DNA from: Squalus acanthias
Lineage: Eukaryota
Length of the DNA stretch: 64,000 nucleotides
Assembly: GCA_030390025.1 (NCBI GenBank)
Contig: CM059432.1
Location: forward strand, 94,180,001-94,244,000
Reading direction: 5' to 3'
Positions 11,951 through 24,792 of the stretch are shown one piece after another; position 1 is the stretch's first letter; each line of letters starts with the position of its first letter. A model generated the notes under the pieces. That model was not told where the DNA came from and ran no database searches. It worked only from the letters and a program-made list of their open reading frames with translations. Both the position numbers and the translations under genes were made by a program.

Positions 11951-12829
11951 CATTCTCCACTTGCAACCACACTCCCGGTTACCTTAGAATCTTGAAAGAA
12001 GTTAATAAAGCTGCTGGAGTTGCAGAAAGTTGCACAGAGCCAGTCAAACTGGACAAACATGTCAGTTGCACACACTGATGTCATGATCTGCATAATCTAC
12101 ATAATTTTCTTGAGTGCGGACATCGGTAGCGCTGCCGCCCAGCCAAAAATGGTGGCCACCGCGGGACCTGCTGGCGGCAGTGCCGTAGTCAACATTATTT
12201 CCACCGAATCTGGCAATATGGGTGGCGCTAAACCCCCCAATTTTTAGCCCTAAGTTTTTACATAGCAGTAGATAATTGAGGACTATATTGGTGTCTTATT
12301 GTGGATTAATAGCCACCCAGGAGCTTATCCTGACGACAGGGTGTTAGGAGTAGGATGTCGACAATGAATGCACAAGCATCATTAACCATTTAACTTAATG
12401 GCTTGAAATGCAGTTGATACTTTTTTGTGCCTTGTTAATTTATTTTAACTTGGAAAGTATTGAGTTAATGAAGCAAAAAATTTAGTGTATCTGTTTTTGT
12501 CTTAGCAATACCATGGTAAATTGTCTGCATTTATGGTATTTTGGTTGTAAAGGAAATCGTCTTTCTAATTATTATATTTTAATTATTCCAATCTATATTC
12601 TATGTTGAGTTAAATAAAGATAGGACTTCTAATATGTATTCTTGTATTTCAGATGCAAAATTAGGTGATTGCTGTAGTTTGTTATACTATTAAAGTTCAT
12701 CATCATACTGCTTACTTTTTGAGTTTGTGATGAAAATGTGGTAGTTCATGCTGCCAATACCAATTATTGTAATACAACAGTGTATAGAAAGAAGTGGAAG
12801 AGAGCAAAGATAAAATAAAAAGCACATAA

Positions 12830-12857
<28 letters not shown>
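12830..12857. repeat. (TG)n microsatellite
   Basis: Uninterrupted gtgtgt run. Confidence 0.95.
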
Positions 12858-12861
<4 letters not shown>

Positions 12862-12967
12862 CAGCTCCCCGAAGCTGAGCTGGCCTGGCCATCAGGCAAA
12901 CAAATGAGCCTTTATGCTGGGTCTTTTACAAGTTCAGGTCCGCTATACTTTCTCTGGTTCAGTGGCA

Positions 12968-14810
12968 ATAGAACATAAGAAATAGGAGCAGGAGTAGGCC
13001 ATACGGCCCCTCGAGCCTGCTCCGCCATTCAATAAGATCATGGCTGATCTGATCTTAGCCTCAACGCCACTTTCCCACCCGCTCCCCATAACCCTTGACT
13101 CCCCTGTAGCTCAAATATATGTCTATCTTCGCCTTGAATATATTCAATGACTCCGCCTCCACAGCTCTCTGGGGTAGAGAATTCCAAAGATTCACGACCC
13201 TCAGAGAAGAAATTCCTCCTCATCTCTGTTTTAAATGGGCGACCCCTTATCCTGAAACTGTGCCTCCTAGTTCTAGATTCCCCCATGAGGGAAAACATCC
13301 TCCCTGCATCTACCCTGTCAAGCCCCCTCAGAATCTTATGTTTCAATAAGATCACCTCTCATTCTTCTAAATTCCAATGAGTATAGGCCCGACCTGCTCA
13401 ACCTTTCTTCATAAGACAACCCCTTCATCTCAGGAATTAACCTAGTGAACCTTCTCTGAACTGCCTCCAATGCAAGTATACCCCTCCTTAAATAAGGAGA
13501 CCAAAACTGTACGCAGTACTCCAGGTGTGGTCTCACCAGCACCCTGTACAGTTGTAGCAAGACTTCCCTACTTTTATACTCCATCCCCCTTGCAATAAAG
13601 GCCAACATTCCATTTGCCTTCCTAATTACCTGCATGCTAACTTTTTGTGTTTCATGTACAAGGACCCCCAGATTCCTCTGTACTGCAGCATTATGTAATC
13701 TCTCTCCATTTAAATAATTTGATTTTTTTATTTTTCCTACCAAAGTGGATAACCTCACATTTTCCCACATTGTACTCCATCTGCCAAATTTTTGCCCACT
13801 CACTTAACCTATCTATATCCCTTTGCAGACCCTTTTGTGTCCTCCTCACAACTTGCTTTCCCACCTATCTTTGTATTATCAGCAAATTTGGCTACAGTAC
13901 ACTCGGTCCCTTCATCCAAGTCATTAATATAGATTGTAATTAGTTGAGGCCCCAGCACTGATCCCTGTGGCACCCCACTAGTTACAGTTTGCCAACCTGA
14001 AAATTACCCATTTATCCTGACTCTTTGTTTTCTGTTAGTTAGCCAATCATCTATCCATGCTAATATATTACCCCATGAGCTCTTATCTTGTGCAGTAACC
14101 TTTTATGTGGCACCTTATCGAATGCCTTCTGGAAATCCAAATACACTACATCTACTGGTTCCCCTTTATCCACCCTGCTCATTACATCCTCAAAGAACTC
14201 TATTAAATTTGTCAAACACGATTTCCCTTTCATACAATCAAGCAGAGTCAACATGGTTTTGATTTTCTAAATGCTATTACTTCCTTAATAATGGATTCCA
14301 GCATTTTCCCAATGACAGATGTTAGGCTAACTGGCTTATAATTTCCTGCTTTTTGCCTCCCTCCTTTCTTGAATGGGCACGTTACATTTGCGGTTTTCCA
14401 ATCCGCTGGGACCTCTCCTGAATCCAGGGAATTTTGGTAGATTACAACCAACGCATCCACTATCTCTGCAGCCACTTCTTTTAAGACCCTAGGATGTAGG
14501 CCATCCGGTCCAGGGGACTTGTCAGCCTTTAGTCCCATTAGTTTGCCTAGTACTTTTTCTCTAGTGATAGTGATTGTTTTAAGTTCGTCCCTCCGTATAG
14601 CCCCTTGATTATCAATTATTATTGGGATGCTTTTAGTGTCTTCTACTGTGAAGACCGATACAAAATATTTGTTCAACATCTCTGCCATTTCCCTGTTTCC
14701 CATTATTAATTCCCCAGTCCCATCCTCTAAGGGACCAATGTTTACTTTAGCTACTCTCTTCCCTTTTATATACCTGTAGAAGCTCTTAGTCTGTTTTTAT
14801 ATTTTTTGCT
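12968..14810 (-). mobile_element. CR1-clade LINE, 5'-truncated, with internal deletions
   Basis: ORFs contain KSPGPDGLHPRVLKE, NYKPVSLTS, VYLDFQKAFDKVPH and RPHLEYCVQFW. The 3' tail is at 12968-13040. Confidence 0.95.
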
Positions 14811-16051
14811 CTCGTAAGCAGTCTAAGCATGTTACTTTTACAGTAATTGACTCTCGTCACCCAATATCTACTGGTATGATAGCATAACCTGGAGATCTAA
14901 GCATCCACTTTTATGATCTGGACTGGATATTTGTGTCTTTTGCATATGTATTACTTCAATCACATCGAAGGCGGACCAAGTTAACACTTGGTGAGGCTTG
15001 AGGTGAATCATTAAACTGCTTTATTTCACAGCTAATGGTCTGTGAGAAAGGAATCCAGTACCTTTATCCAGCATGCTTTGGGAAAATAGGTCAAGTTGGG
15101 CAGCAAAGGCTCATGGGGGTGTTGGCAACTAAAAAGTACCATCGCAACAGCTGGAAAGCTGCAACTGCAGCAACTTAAAGGGAAAAAGGGAGGCTTAGCA
15201 TGTGAGCTGCTTCACGGTCTGCTCAGTAAGTCAAACATCTCATGAAGACCTTGGGCTTGTAACCATCCTTTGTCCTTGTGAGTGAGATCATCATCATACC
15301 TCCAGACCCAGCATATAGAATGTCTGAGATAAGATAAGAATTAGGACAAACATACCTCGAGCATAGAATGGTACTGTCGATGGCCGTAAGGGGGAGTGGA
15401 TAATTTTACAAGACAGGCAGAAAAACACAAAATAAGGAAAGCCGAGCCCCCAGTTAGGCAGAGCTCTCGGAGATTTGTGACGCTGGTGACATTGATTGGA
15501 GGAAGATTGGTCATCTTTGCGTCATAGGCACAGATATTGAGGTTGTACTGTTTATACCTGTGTATGTGACATTTACGTTTTAGTGTATTGCTTGTAATTG
15601 GTCGTACATTTATGTTTAAGTAGGTTAAATGAAACTATCTCTAGCGAGTCCAGTGGCAAAACTTTTTTTTTAATCATTACCAAGTTGGTAAGTAAGATTA
15701 AACCACCTCACATAGTCATACAGAGCAACGGTCATGATCAGATTCACTGAGTTAATTGGTACAACTTTACCTATACAAAATAACACTGTGATTATCCACG
15801 TCAATGGGTTGTCTTACTTATCCTATGCAAGAGTTTTTTTTAACTGTTTCTACAGCATTTCTGATTTTGAACCTGCCTAAAACTTGCAACTCTTTGAATA
15901 GCTTCACTGCCCATATTAGCCTTCTTGTATCTAAAAAGTATTCTTTTTCTTTGTCTCCCTCTTTTGCTCTTCCTTTTTTGTTCTCACTTTTTCCTTTCTC
16001 GCTATCTAGCTTTCTTTTGTTTTTGCTTTCTCTCTCTTGCTTTGTCCCTTG

Positions 16052-16184
16052 GGGGTAGAAATTCGCCTCAGGCAGTGGCGTAAAACGGGCGGTATTGGAT
16101 TGGCCGCCTGAGGCGCTGCATATAATGGGCGGCCAATCTGATACCACCCATTTTACGCCACTGCCCGAGACGAATTTCTACCTC
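16052..16184. mobile_element. 133-bp hairpin MITE (Harbinger-type ends)
   Basis: GGGGTAGAAATTCG...CGAATTTCTACCTC with ~55-bp imperfect inverted arms; TSD TTG/TTG. Confidence 0.8.
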
Positions 16185-16389
16185 TTGATCTCTTGCTTTT
16201 GCATGCTCACTTTCGTTCTCTTTCTATCTCTCCTCAATTGCTTTGATGCTCGCTTTTTCTCTCGCTCTCCTGCTTGCTTTTGTGTGCTTTCGCTCTCGTG
16301 CTCACTCGCTTTTTCTCTCTCCCTCACACACTCTTGTGTGCTTGCTTTCTCTCCCTCAGTTTCTCTTTTGCGTTCTCTTTCGCATTCAG

Positions 16390-16850
16390 TGTCAGCCGTG
16401 GCTCTGTTGGTAGCAGTCTCGCCTCTGAGTCAGAAGGTTGTGGGTTCAAGTCCCACTCCAAAGACTTGGGCACAAAAATCTAGGCTGACATTCCAGGACA
16501 GTACTGAGGGAGTGCTGCACTGTTGGAGGTGCCGTCTTTCAGATGAGATGTTAAACCGAGGCCCCGTCTGCTCTCTCAGGTGGGCGTAAAAGATCCCACG
16601 ACACTATTTTGAAGAAGAGCAGAGGAGTTATCTCCGGTGTCCTGGCCAATATTTATCTCTCAATCAACAACAAAAACAGATTATCTGGTCATTATCACAT
16701 TGCTGTTTGTGGAAGCTTGCTATGAGCAAATTAGCTGCTGCGTTTCCTACATTAAAACAGTGACTACACTTCAAAAGTATTTCATTGGCTGTAAAGTGCT
16801 TTGAGACGTCCGGTGGTCATGAAAGACGCTATATAAATGCAAATCTTGTC
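16390..16850 (+). mobile_element. tRNA-derived Deu-domain SINE (SacSINE1-like)
   Basis: A/B-box-like head (gtggctctgttggtag...ggttcaagtccca), central ttaaaccgaggccccgtctg block, L2-like tail gctatataaatgcaaat. Confidence 0.8.
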
Positions 16851-17196
16851 TTTCTTTTCTTGCTTTCTCTCTCACTTTCTCTCAAATGTTCTCTCTTGCA
16901 CTCTCTCCTCACTCATTTGTGCCTCCTCTCGTGTTCGCTCTTGCACTGTATCTCTTGCTTTCTCACTTGTATGCTTTCTAGCACGCTCTCACTTTCTCAA
17001 TTGTCTTTCATTCTCTTGCACTCTATAATTCCCCCCTCCCCCCTTTCCTTTTCAGGTGGGATCTGGTGTATTGTGTGGTGGAGAAAGGAGCCACCAACAG
17101 CTGTACTTGGGGTGGGGTAAAATATGGCCCTCCAGTGCCCTGCCCCTTGCCTTCCCATCCCATTTGTATTTCCCCTTTTACTTCCTCTCTCCCAAC

Positions 17197-17933
17197 GGGC
17201 CAGAATTTGCTGTTAAAATAACTGCAAGGCTAATGTTGCACGCCGTTATTTATGGGTAAATGGTACAGCAACTTCAGGCAAGGAGCAGCTGCACGGTTAA
17301 ATGCGAATATCCAAAAGATGCTGTCTGAGTTGCGCCATGCCGTCATTAGCTTTGCGAAAATAATATCTCACCCTTAGCCTCCCCTTTTTTTTTTAGGAAC
17401 ATGCTGTATTTGGCCATTAAACTTGCCACAGAAAGTTAAGTCTTGTCATTGCAAGAGTAAGTACCCTTTTAATGATGTGATAAATGTTAATGACTGCCAA
17501 TCAATCTCTCTGGCACTGAAAATTAACTATTACAAGTGTGGATATCATTCCTTCAGGTTTCAAATTTTTCAGGGAGATTTAAAAAATATCAGATTTAAAA
17601 ATGTTTTTTCTAACTTTTCCTTTCAGTCTCTTTTTTTCTCTCAATCCAATCTTTCTTTCCCTCTCTCTCTTTCTCTTTTGTTACCAGATTTAACATTAAA
17701 TTCACCCCCTTTAATTCACCCTCCTTCTCAGTCCTTCCTGTGTTTATTTCCCAATCCTTAAATCTCATTGATTAAGGAGATCTCATTGGTTGCCCTGTTT
17801 CCCTTGCTGTGCCGTTATCAGCCCGCATTTTCAGCAATTTTGTAGACAAAACTTTCTTGAGCTGAAGGATGCAGGGGCATATCTAACTAATGGCAGATGC
17901 CGTTGGATGCCCAGCTACAGCAAATTCTGCCCC
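17197..17933. mobile_element. Non-autonomous DNA transposon (Harbinger-type TIRs)
   Basis: GGGCCAGAATTTGCTGT ... ACAGCAAATTCTGCCCC match at 16/17. TSD is not preserved. Confidence 0.7.
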
Positions 17934-18478
17934 ATTATATTTGCTATCCCTTCCTACTACCCTCTCACTGCTGCTACTTCCTCTTTTTCAATTACCCACT
18001 CAACCCATGTATCCTCCCCCTTGCTCCACTGTTGTTCACCTCACTCTTAAAACTTTCATCCACTCTCCCTTACTCCCACTCATTCTCCCAAGGCACTGAT
18101 GAGGTATGGAACCAAGTACTCCAAGTATCTTTTCTAAAATCCTTTTGGCTGACAACTTGGTGTAACTTCTTGGTTTCTGTACTAATCACTTACTATTGAA
18201 AACAAGATTTCTAACACAAAACAGTATTACAAAGTTTAGAAGAAAATGGTTATAATAGCAGTTTGTGTTTAGAATGCCTATAACAATGTGTTCCATCAGG
18301 GGCCTGTGTTGTGTCTGTGTGAGAAGCTGAAGCCTAAGCATTGCATTCATGTAGCATCCCAAATCTACCACTGGTCGATGAAGAGACTCAAAACTATTGG
18401 GTTTCATTTCCTAGTTTGCATGTAGACATCCGATTAAAACATTTTATGATCAACAGCAAGGCAGTCTGCATGTAAGGT

Positions 18479-18803
18479 TACATAGATTACATAGAAGATA
18501 GGAGCAGGAGTAGGCCATCCGGCCCTTCGAGCCTGCTCCGCCATTTAATGAGATCATGGCTGATCCTCCAATTCAGTATCCCGTCCCCGCCTTCTCTCCG
18601 TAACCCTTAACCCCTTTTGCCTGTAGAAATATATCTAATTCCCTCTTAAATATATTTAATGAGCTGGCGTACACTGCCCTCTGTGGCAATGAGTTCCACA
18701 GGTTCACCACCCTCTGAGTGAAGAAATTCCCCCTCATTTCTGTCCTAAATGGTTTAGCCCTTATCCTTAAATTATGTCCTCTAGTTCTGTTCTCACCCGC
18801 CAC
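18479..18803 (-). mobile_element. CR1 LINE 3' fragment
   Basis: FFTQRVVNLWNSLP translation plus the family 3' tail. Confidence 0.9.
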
Positions 18804-19419
18804 TTCACTTTAGTGTAGGTGTATTAATGGAAAATTACTGATACTGAAAACCCATTTTGAGAGTAGCAAAAATAACTAGATGGTATAAAACATCAAAAAA
18901 ACATATGCTCTTCAAAATTTTTGAGAATTTTCCTGAAAATTAAAATAATGTATAACACTACATTGAAAGGGTTGTTTAGAGTGTATTGGATGTGTAACAA
19001 ACAATATCAAATTTACTACCATTTGCACAGAACATGATGTGGGAAATGGAACAATGTAACAGTGGTGCAGTATGGGTTACAGTTAGAGGTTGGGGCAGAG
19101 ACACCTTTACAGGGCATTATTAAGGCAGAATCCAGGGAGCTGAACCTCATTTGGGAGTACTTGATGCTGATACCAAGTGCCCAAAAAGGAAAACGTTCCA
19201 TTCGCCACTATGAATAGCACTCGCTATGAACACAATAATTCACAGGAAAAGTTAGTACTATAATAGAATGCTGAGTGACTCCTGAGGACTGATGCTGATG
19301 TTTGTGATCCAATCAACTTTGATTTCAAATGCACTGGATCATTTGGAGTGCATAACCCTTTATAACTGCTGTTGGGTTTGAATGACTTGGAGTGGTGCTG
19401 GGATACAAAAAAAACTCTA

Positions 19420-19810
19420 TAGCTAAGTGTACTGTGTGATGCTAAGGTGTAAAGAGCACAAAGGTCCAAAACTCAGTCTTGTGAAATAACTGATCTTGCC
19501 TGGGCTACCAGTGGGGTATTACAATTGGTCTCTATTACTGGACCAGGGAGGACAAAAAAATGACTAAGATTCACACTCCAGGTTCCTATGTGGTGACCCC
19601 TGTTGGAAAATGAGTGCATTAGAGAGGTCAGGTGAGGACAAGATCAGGCTTGGCTGTGATCATCATAGAATCATGCAGCACAGAAGGAGACTATTCGGCC
19701 CCTCATGCCTGTGCTGCCCTACAGTCAGATGGTCTACCGACACGCACAATCTAGCTTGTGAAGTATGGCCACTTGGGAAAGGTTACAAAGTACTGTAGGG
19801 CATATGAAGA
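19420..19810 (+). mobile_element. Old LF-SINE-like element interrupted by a ~55-bp CR1 tail (19662-19717, -)
   Basis: gtgacccctgttggaaa...ggtgaggacaagatcaggcttggctgtgat | insert | gccc...tggccacttggg resembles the LF-SINE core as I recall it; related to 2830-3135. Confidence 0.5.
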
Positions 19811-22558
19811 AGGAAAAGAAGTTTGAAGATGCCACATCAGTTGTCGGAGGATCCCACAACAAAGATTGGAACCCACGTGGAGAGTCTACTGCTGATAACT
19901 GGAAAAATAACTAACCCTGAAGTTTTGCTGTTAGATAATATATGAATGCTTACATGTTCATCTGAAATCCCCCTCTCTGTGATTTTATCAGAGGCAGTAA
20001 TCCACTTATTGTCCAACATGGTAATACTTTCACTGAACTAATCTAGAGGAACTTCAAATCAATGCGTTAAATACTCATCCTCCACTAAACCATGGTGTAA
20101 TTCTGGGGCATAGGATTTTGTAAATGCTCTGAGTACATTTATCTCTCTGCATTTTTAGGCTCATATTTCAATAAATATCCCCTGTATTTTCACAGTATGT
20201 TTGTGTTCTTGGTCTGTTTGTTTTAAGATGTATCTTGAAGAGTAGAAAGATGTTTGTAATGAATAGCATGCATGCATATAAATTTTTGTGCATTTAGTAA
20301 GGGTCAAAGTTGTGAATATAAAATTATTAATCATTGGATTCTGTGTAGATGAAGGTTTACATATTGTGACCTTTGATATTTTCTCTAGTGAATTTATAGA
20401 CGAATAAAGGTCGAGTGATTGAAGAAGTATGACATTTTTGAAATATGAAAGTAGCTATGCTGTGCAGCGCTATAGAGAGTGCCTCTTTAAAATTTAGATA
20501 ATTTGTATACAGTGGTGCCATTGAAGCACACTGTGATTTGTAGCACTGCTCTTCATTAAAGGAAAGAGTTGTGAATAAATATACATCAGATACTGACTTT
20601 CAGAAGTTTGTGATAGTCTCACTTTTACCTCTCAACTTGTGATGAAGCAGTTGATGTTGCTACATTTTGTTTTGTATTCAATTTTGGATCCTGTTACTAT
20701 CTTAATTAGGCTTTATAAAGCACAAATTATAATCTGTCTGAATTTCAATCCCAACGTGAGTGTTGATGTGAGTAATGTTGATGTTCTGTGCCCCTCAGTC
20801 CCAAGGCACAGTTTTACATTTTCTGTTGTAGGGACAGCTGTTTCATACCTCTAGGTAAATATTGGCCCACCTTTCACTACTGCTATGCTTTTACATTAAT
20901 TTGCTGGAATTTCATAGTGATTGCAGGGAAGGCCTTGAACGGTGCAAAGTACTGCGGCTAATTCTGCCTTAGAATCAGCAACTGAATTAACAAAACCAAC
21001 TTTAAAATTGTATTCTTTTGAACACCTGATTTATTGGTGTTAAAGATGTGCAGAATACTTGTTTGGTGTGATAATAGTAATAGCATACATATATGTACAT
21101 GAACATTTTATGCAGAAAGGAACAACAAAAAATACTATCGGGTCAAAATTGTGGAACTATTAAAAGTGATTAAGAGAAAGTGCCAATTAGTATGCATGCT
21201 CTGCATGGAAACTGGAGAAATCAATTGCAACAATGGCTCATTATAAAATAGTTGACAAGTACTTAAAATCTCTAACAGAAATGATGGCTGTAATCAATCA
21301 GAACAATGAGTTTCTAAAATTTACTTTATCACTGTGAATGATGTTCTAAGCACTCTAACCAAATCAAGCAATTTGAGTTTTCTGGTATGTGCTTAATTGG
21401 TTGAGGCAGACAGCAAGAATTTTACAGATAATCATGAAATTTGTACTTCACAGATTTTCTTTGCAAGGAAATTACATACCTGAAGCATTTACCTGTTAGA
21501 CATTGATATTTAGCAGTTCTAGTTCAAAGCTGTTCCTTATTGTCATGTAACATACTTCTTAATCCGTGTTCAATAAAGTAATATTGCTTTCATACTTAAT
21601 GTATTTGATCTTCTGGATGACAGAAAATTGAGTTGAAACAGAACAAGCTGTAAAAAGATGAACAGCTTTTCATTGTGGTTAAACTTGAATTCATTTTGGC
21701 AAACATCAGGCTGTAGGGCCAGGTTTGGAGAAGGAAGATAGCTTAATAATTATACTAAGAGAAGGCACATTTCAGAGAAGGTAGTAGGTAAGAACTAGAT
21801 TTGTGGAATTTACCTCTAGTTAAAGCAATTGATGCTGTTGATTCAGTCCTTCAATGATGGACAAATTGGAAGCAGCACTGAAAATTATTGGGATAGCTAT
21901 GTACTGAGATGGTCAGATATTCTCCAGAACAGGATGGTTCCTATGCTCCTGGGCGACCAGGGAGTATTGTCTGTAAAGGGCAGCAGTCCAAAGTAAAGAG
22001 TGGAGATAGAAATATTCTGTTTTTTTTTAATTACCTTGCTTATCTTGTTTGTTTGATTACCTTGTGAGGATTTATGTATACCATCCCTTTAGGAGATTAA
22101 ATGAATAGGGTAGAATCCTTTGACTGGTTAGATTATACAGACATATGACAAGACGGATGAGAAAAGAGGCTCATTAATAGTCACCCTATCCACTAGATGG
22201 TGCAGCCTTGGGCCGTGCCCTCCCCAGCACTAATAATGCTATATCTTGGGGAGGTGAAAATAAACTGTTAAATTCAGGAAATCTTTGGGAAGTTCCTCTT
22301 CAATTCTATAAGGCAATCAAGAAAACGCCAGCAGACCATGGTTACCGATGACTTATCTTGAGGTGAACTTAAATGAACCACACAACCATAACATGTTCCA
22401 CTGTCGTCCTCCTCTATCCACATCTTAAAGGCTTATTTACCACATTCACAGGTAATCTGTTCCAAAGGACAACAATACAGAACTAAATAGTTCTTGGCAT
22501 CTAATGTGACTAATTGCCAATGAATTTTATATGCAAGCCCGCTAGCTATTGATTTCAA

Positions 22559-22666
22559 GGGGGTGAAACTGGTCTTCAGCAAAGTGCAAAGCAGGTGTGG
22601 TATAAAATGGGCTGCCGATTCGCTATCGCCTGTTTCACGTTTTTGCCGCAGACCAATTTCATCCCC
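22559..22666. mobile_element. 108-bp MITE (Harbinger-type ends)
   Basis: GGGGGTGAAACTGGTC ... GACCAATTTCATCCCC; TSD CAA/CAA. Confidence 0.75.
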
Positions 22667-22903
22667 CAAATACTGATCCAAATCTACTACATCCACTTCT
22701 TTCATATATGTAAATGTCTCAATCATGTCTCCCCTGAGTCTATGTTTCTCAAAATGAATAACACTAACTTTCTAAGCCTATCTAAGTTTAGGTTTCATCC
22801 TTATTGCCCTCTGCAGCCTCCCCAGACCCTCAATATTGATTAACAAATGTGGTACAAAAACAATACTCCAAGTGCAGATGAACCTAAACCTTATAAATCC
22901 TAA

Positions 22904-23642
22904 GGGGGAAAAACTCGGTTGCTTTCCGCCTCCTGTTAGCGACCTAAGAGGGCGCTAACGGGCGCAAAGCAACTAGCGCCCAGGCACGGCGTTGCCAAAG
23001 CCTCCCGCGAAATTCAGCGGGAGGTTAGCGGCGGCGGTAACCGTTAGTGCCCCGAGGTGCTGCGCTACCTGCGATGACGTTATTGCCGTGCGCAGCACCC
23101 CGCTTGCGCCCCGGCCGTGATCTTCGGTAGCGCCCCTTGACTTACCGCTGGACGCTTTGTCTGACGGGGTCAGGGGGGCCTACCTGCGGCCGGGGCGGCG
23201 CTAATTAAAAGCGAGGTGCCGGGTGGCCATTTTTGTTGCTGGCCGCCTGCCAGCACCTGCCCCCGTTGCCGTCCCCGGCCTCCTGAACAGTCCTCCCGCG
23301 GAGTGCCGGCTGCGCTCCGTGAGCCTGGCACTTCCCTTGAGTGCCGGGCTCTTTTGCCGGCACTCCGATCCCTGGTGGCCCAGCTGGGCCCCCACTCGCG
23401 CTACGCAAGGCCCCTCCCCTTTAAGAAGGGGAGGAAGGCCTGCAGTATTGTGGTACGTAGCTCCACGATATTCCCTCGCAGTGCCCCAAGAGGGAGGTGG
23501 GGGCTTCCAGTAGCGCCCCGGTTCCCTCTTGGGGCGCTACCGATGAATTTTGGCTGCAGGGGCGCTCATTTTTTCGGGGCACTAAAAGTAGCGCTCCAGC
23601 AAAGTTAGCGCCCCAAAGGGCGCGTGACTCAATTTTTCCCCC
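22904..23642. mobile_element. GC/CpG-rich non-autonomous Harbinger-type element
   Basis: TIR GGGGGAAAAA.T / A.TTTTTCCCCC; TSD TAA/TAA. The subterminal block is shared with 59457-60339 in opposite orientation. Confidence 0.85.
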
Positions 23643-23979
23643 TAAGTACATAGCCCTTAGATTTGTACTATATTACCTAGCAATAATTGTAAGAACCCTA
23701 CAGCTACCTTACATTGCTTGGGACCTTTTAATGACTGGTCTGTGACTTCACGCAAGTCCCTTTCCTGCTCTGTTAATTTAATGCATTGGGTTGCCTGGGC
23801 CCAGGTGCATAACCCAGCACCTCTCCAGATTAAGTAACAGTTTTATAATTTATGAGCCTATTTATTTATCTATGTCAGTTTACAATCTACTAATCTCTTT
23901 ATTACCAAAATTTACCCATTTGTGTATCATCTCCAAATTTAGTTGTACAATTAATGACCTCCTCCAGATTATTAATAAT

Positions 23980-24792
23980 AACAACAACAACAACTTGTAT
24001 TTATATAGCACCTTTAACATAGTAAAACGTCCCAAGGCGCTGCACAGGAGTATTGTAAGACAAAAAATTTGACACCGAGCCACATAAGGATAAATTAGGG
24101 CAGGTGACCAAAAGCTTGGCCAAAGAGGTAGGTTTTAAGGAGCGTCTTAAAGGAGGAAAGAGAGGTAGCGAGACAGAGAGGTTTAGGCAGGGAATTCCAG
24201 AGTTTAGGGCCTAGGCAACAGAAGGCACGGCCACCAAAGGTTGAGTGATTATAATCAGGGATGCTCGAGAGCAGAATTAGAGGGATGCAGATATCTCGGG
24301 GAGTGGTGGGGGGGGGGGGGGCTGAAGGAGATTACAGAGATAGGAAGGGGCGAGGCCATGGAGGGATTTGAAAACAAGGATGAGAATTTTGAAATCGAGG
24401 CGCTGCTTAACCAGGAGCCAATGTAGGTCAGCGAGCACAGGGGAGATGGGGGAAACGGGACCTGGTGCGAGTTAGGACACGGGCAGCCGTGTTTTGGATG
24501 ACCTCAAGTTTACTTAGGGTGGAATGTGGGAGGCCAGCCAGGAGTGCATTGGAATAGTCAAGTCTAGAGGTAACAAAGGCATGGATGAGGGTTTCAGCAG
24601 TGGATGAGTTGAGGCAAGGGCAGAGATGGGCGATGTTACGGAGGTGGAAGTAGGCGGTCTTTGTTATGCTGCGGATATGTGATCGGAAGCTCATTTCAGG
24701 GTCAAATATGACACCAAGGTTGCGAACAGTGTGGTTCAGCCTCAGATGTTAGGGAGAGGGATGGAGTCAGTGGCTAGGGAACGGAGTTTGTG
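23980..24792 (-). mobile_element. L2-clade LINE 3' fragment
   Basis: [17 protein letters not shown]...[23 protein letters not shown]; (GTT)n tail near 23980-23993. Confidence 0.9.

Larger units (their letters stand above)
8456..12250. mobile_element. PIF/Harbinger DNA transposon 1 (two-gene, degenerate)
   Basis: Perfect 14-bp TIRs GGGCTAAAAATTGG / CCAATTTTTAGCCC. Myb/SANT gene on + converges with a transposase on -. The 3-bp flanks (ttt/taa) do not match. Confidence 0.9.

Noticed and set aside
15258..15712. Possible solo LTR (TG...CA)
   Set aside because: No TSD, no second copy and no internal retroviral sequence to support it
16390..16465. tRNA gene
   Set aside because: tRNA-like head of a SINE, continuing into the SINE body and present again at 5805-6268
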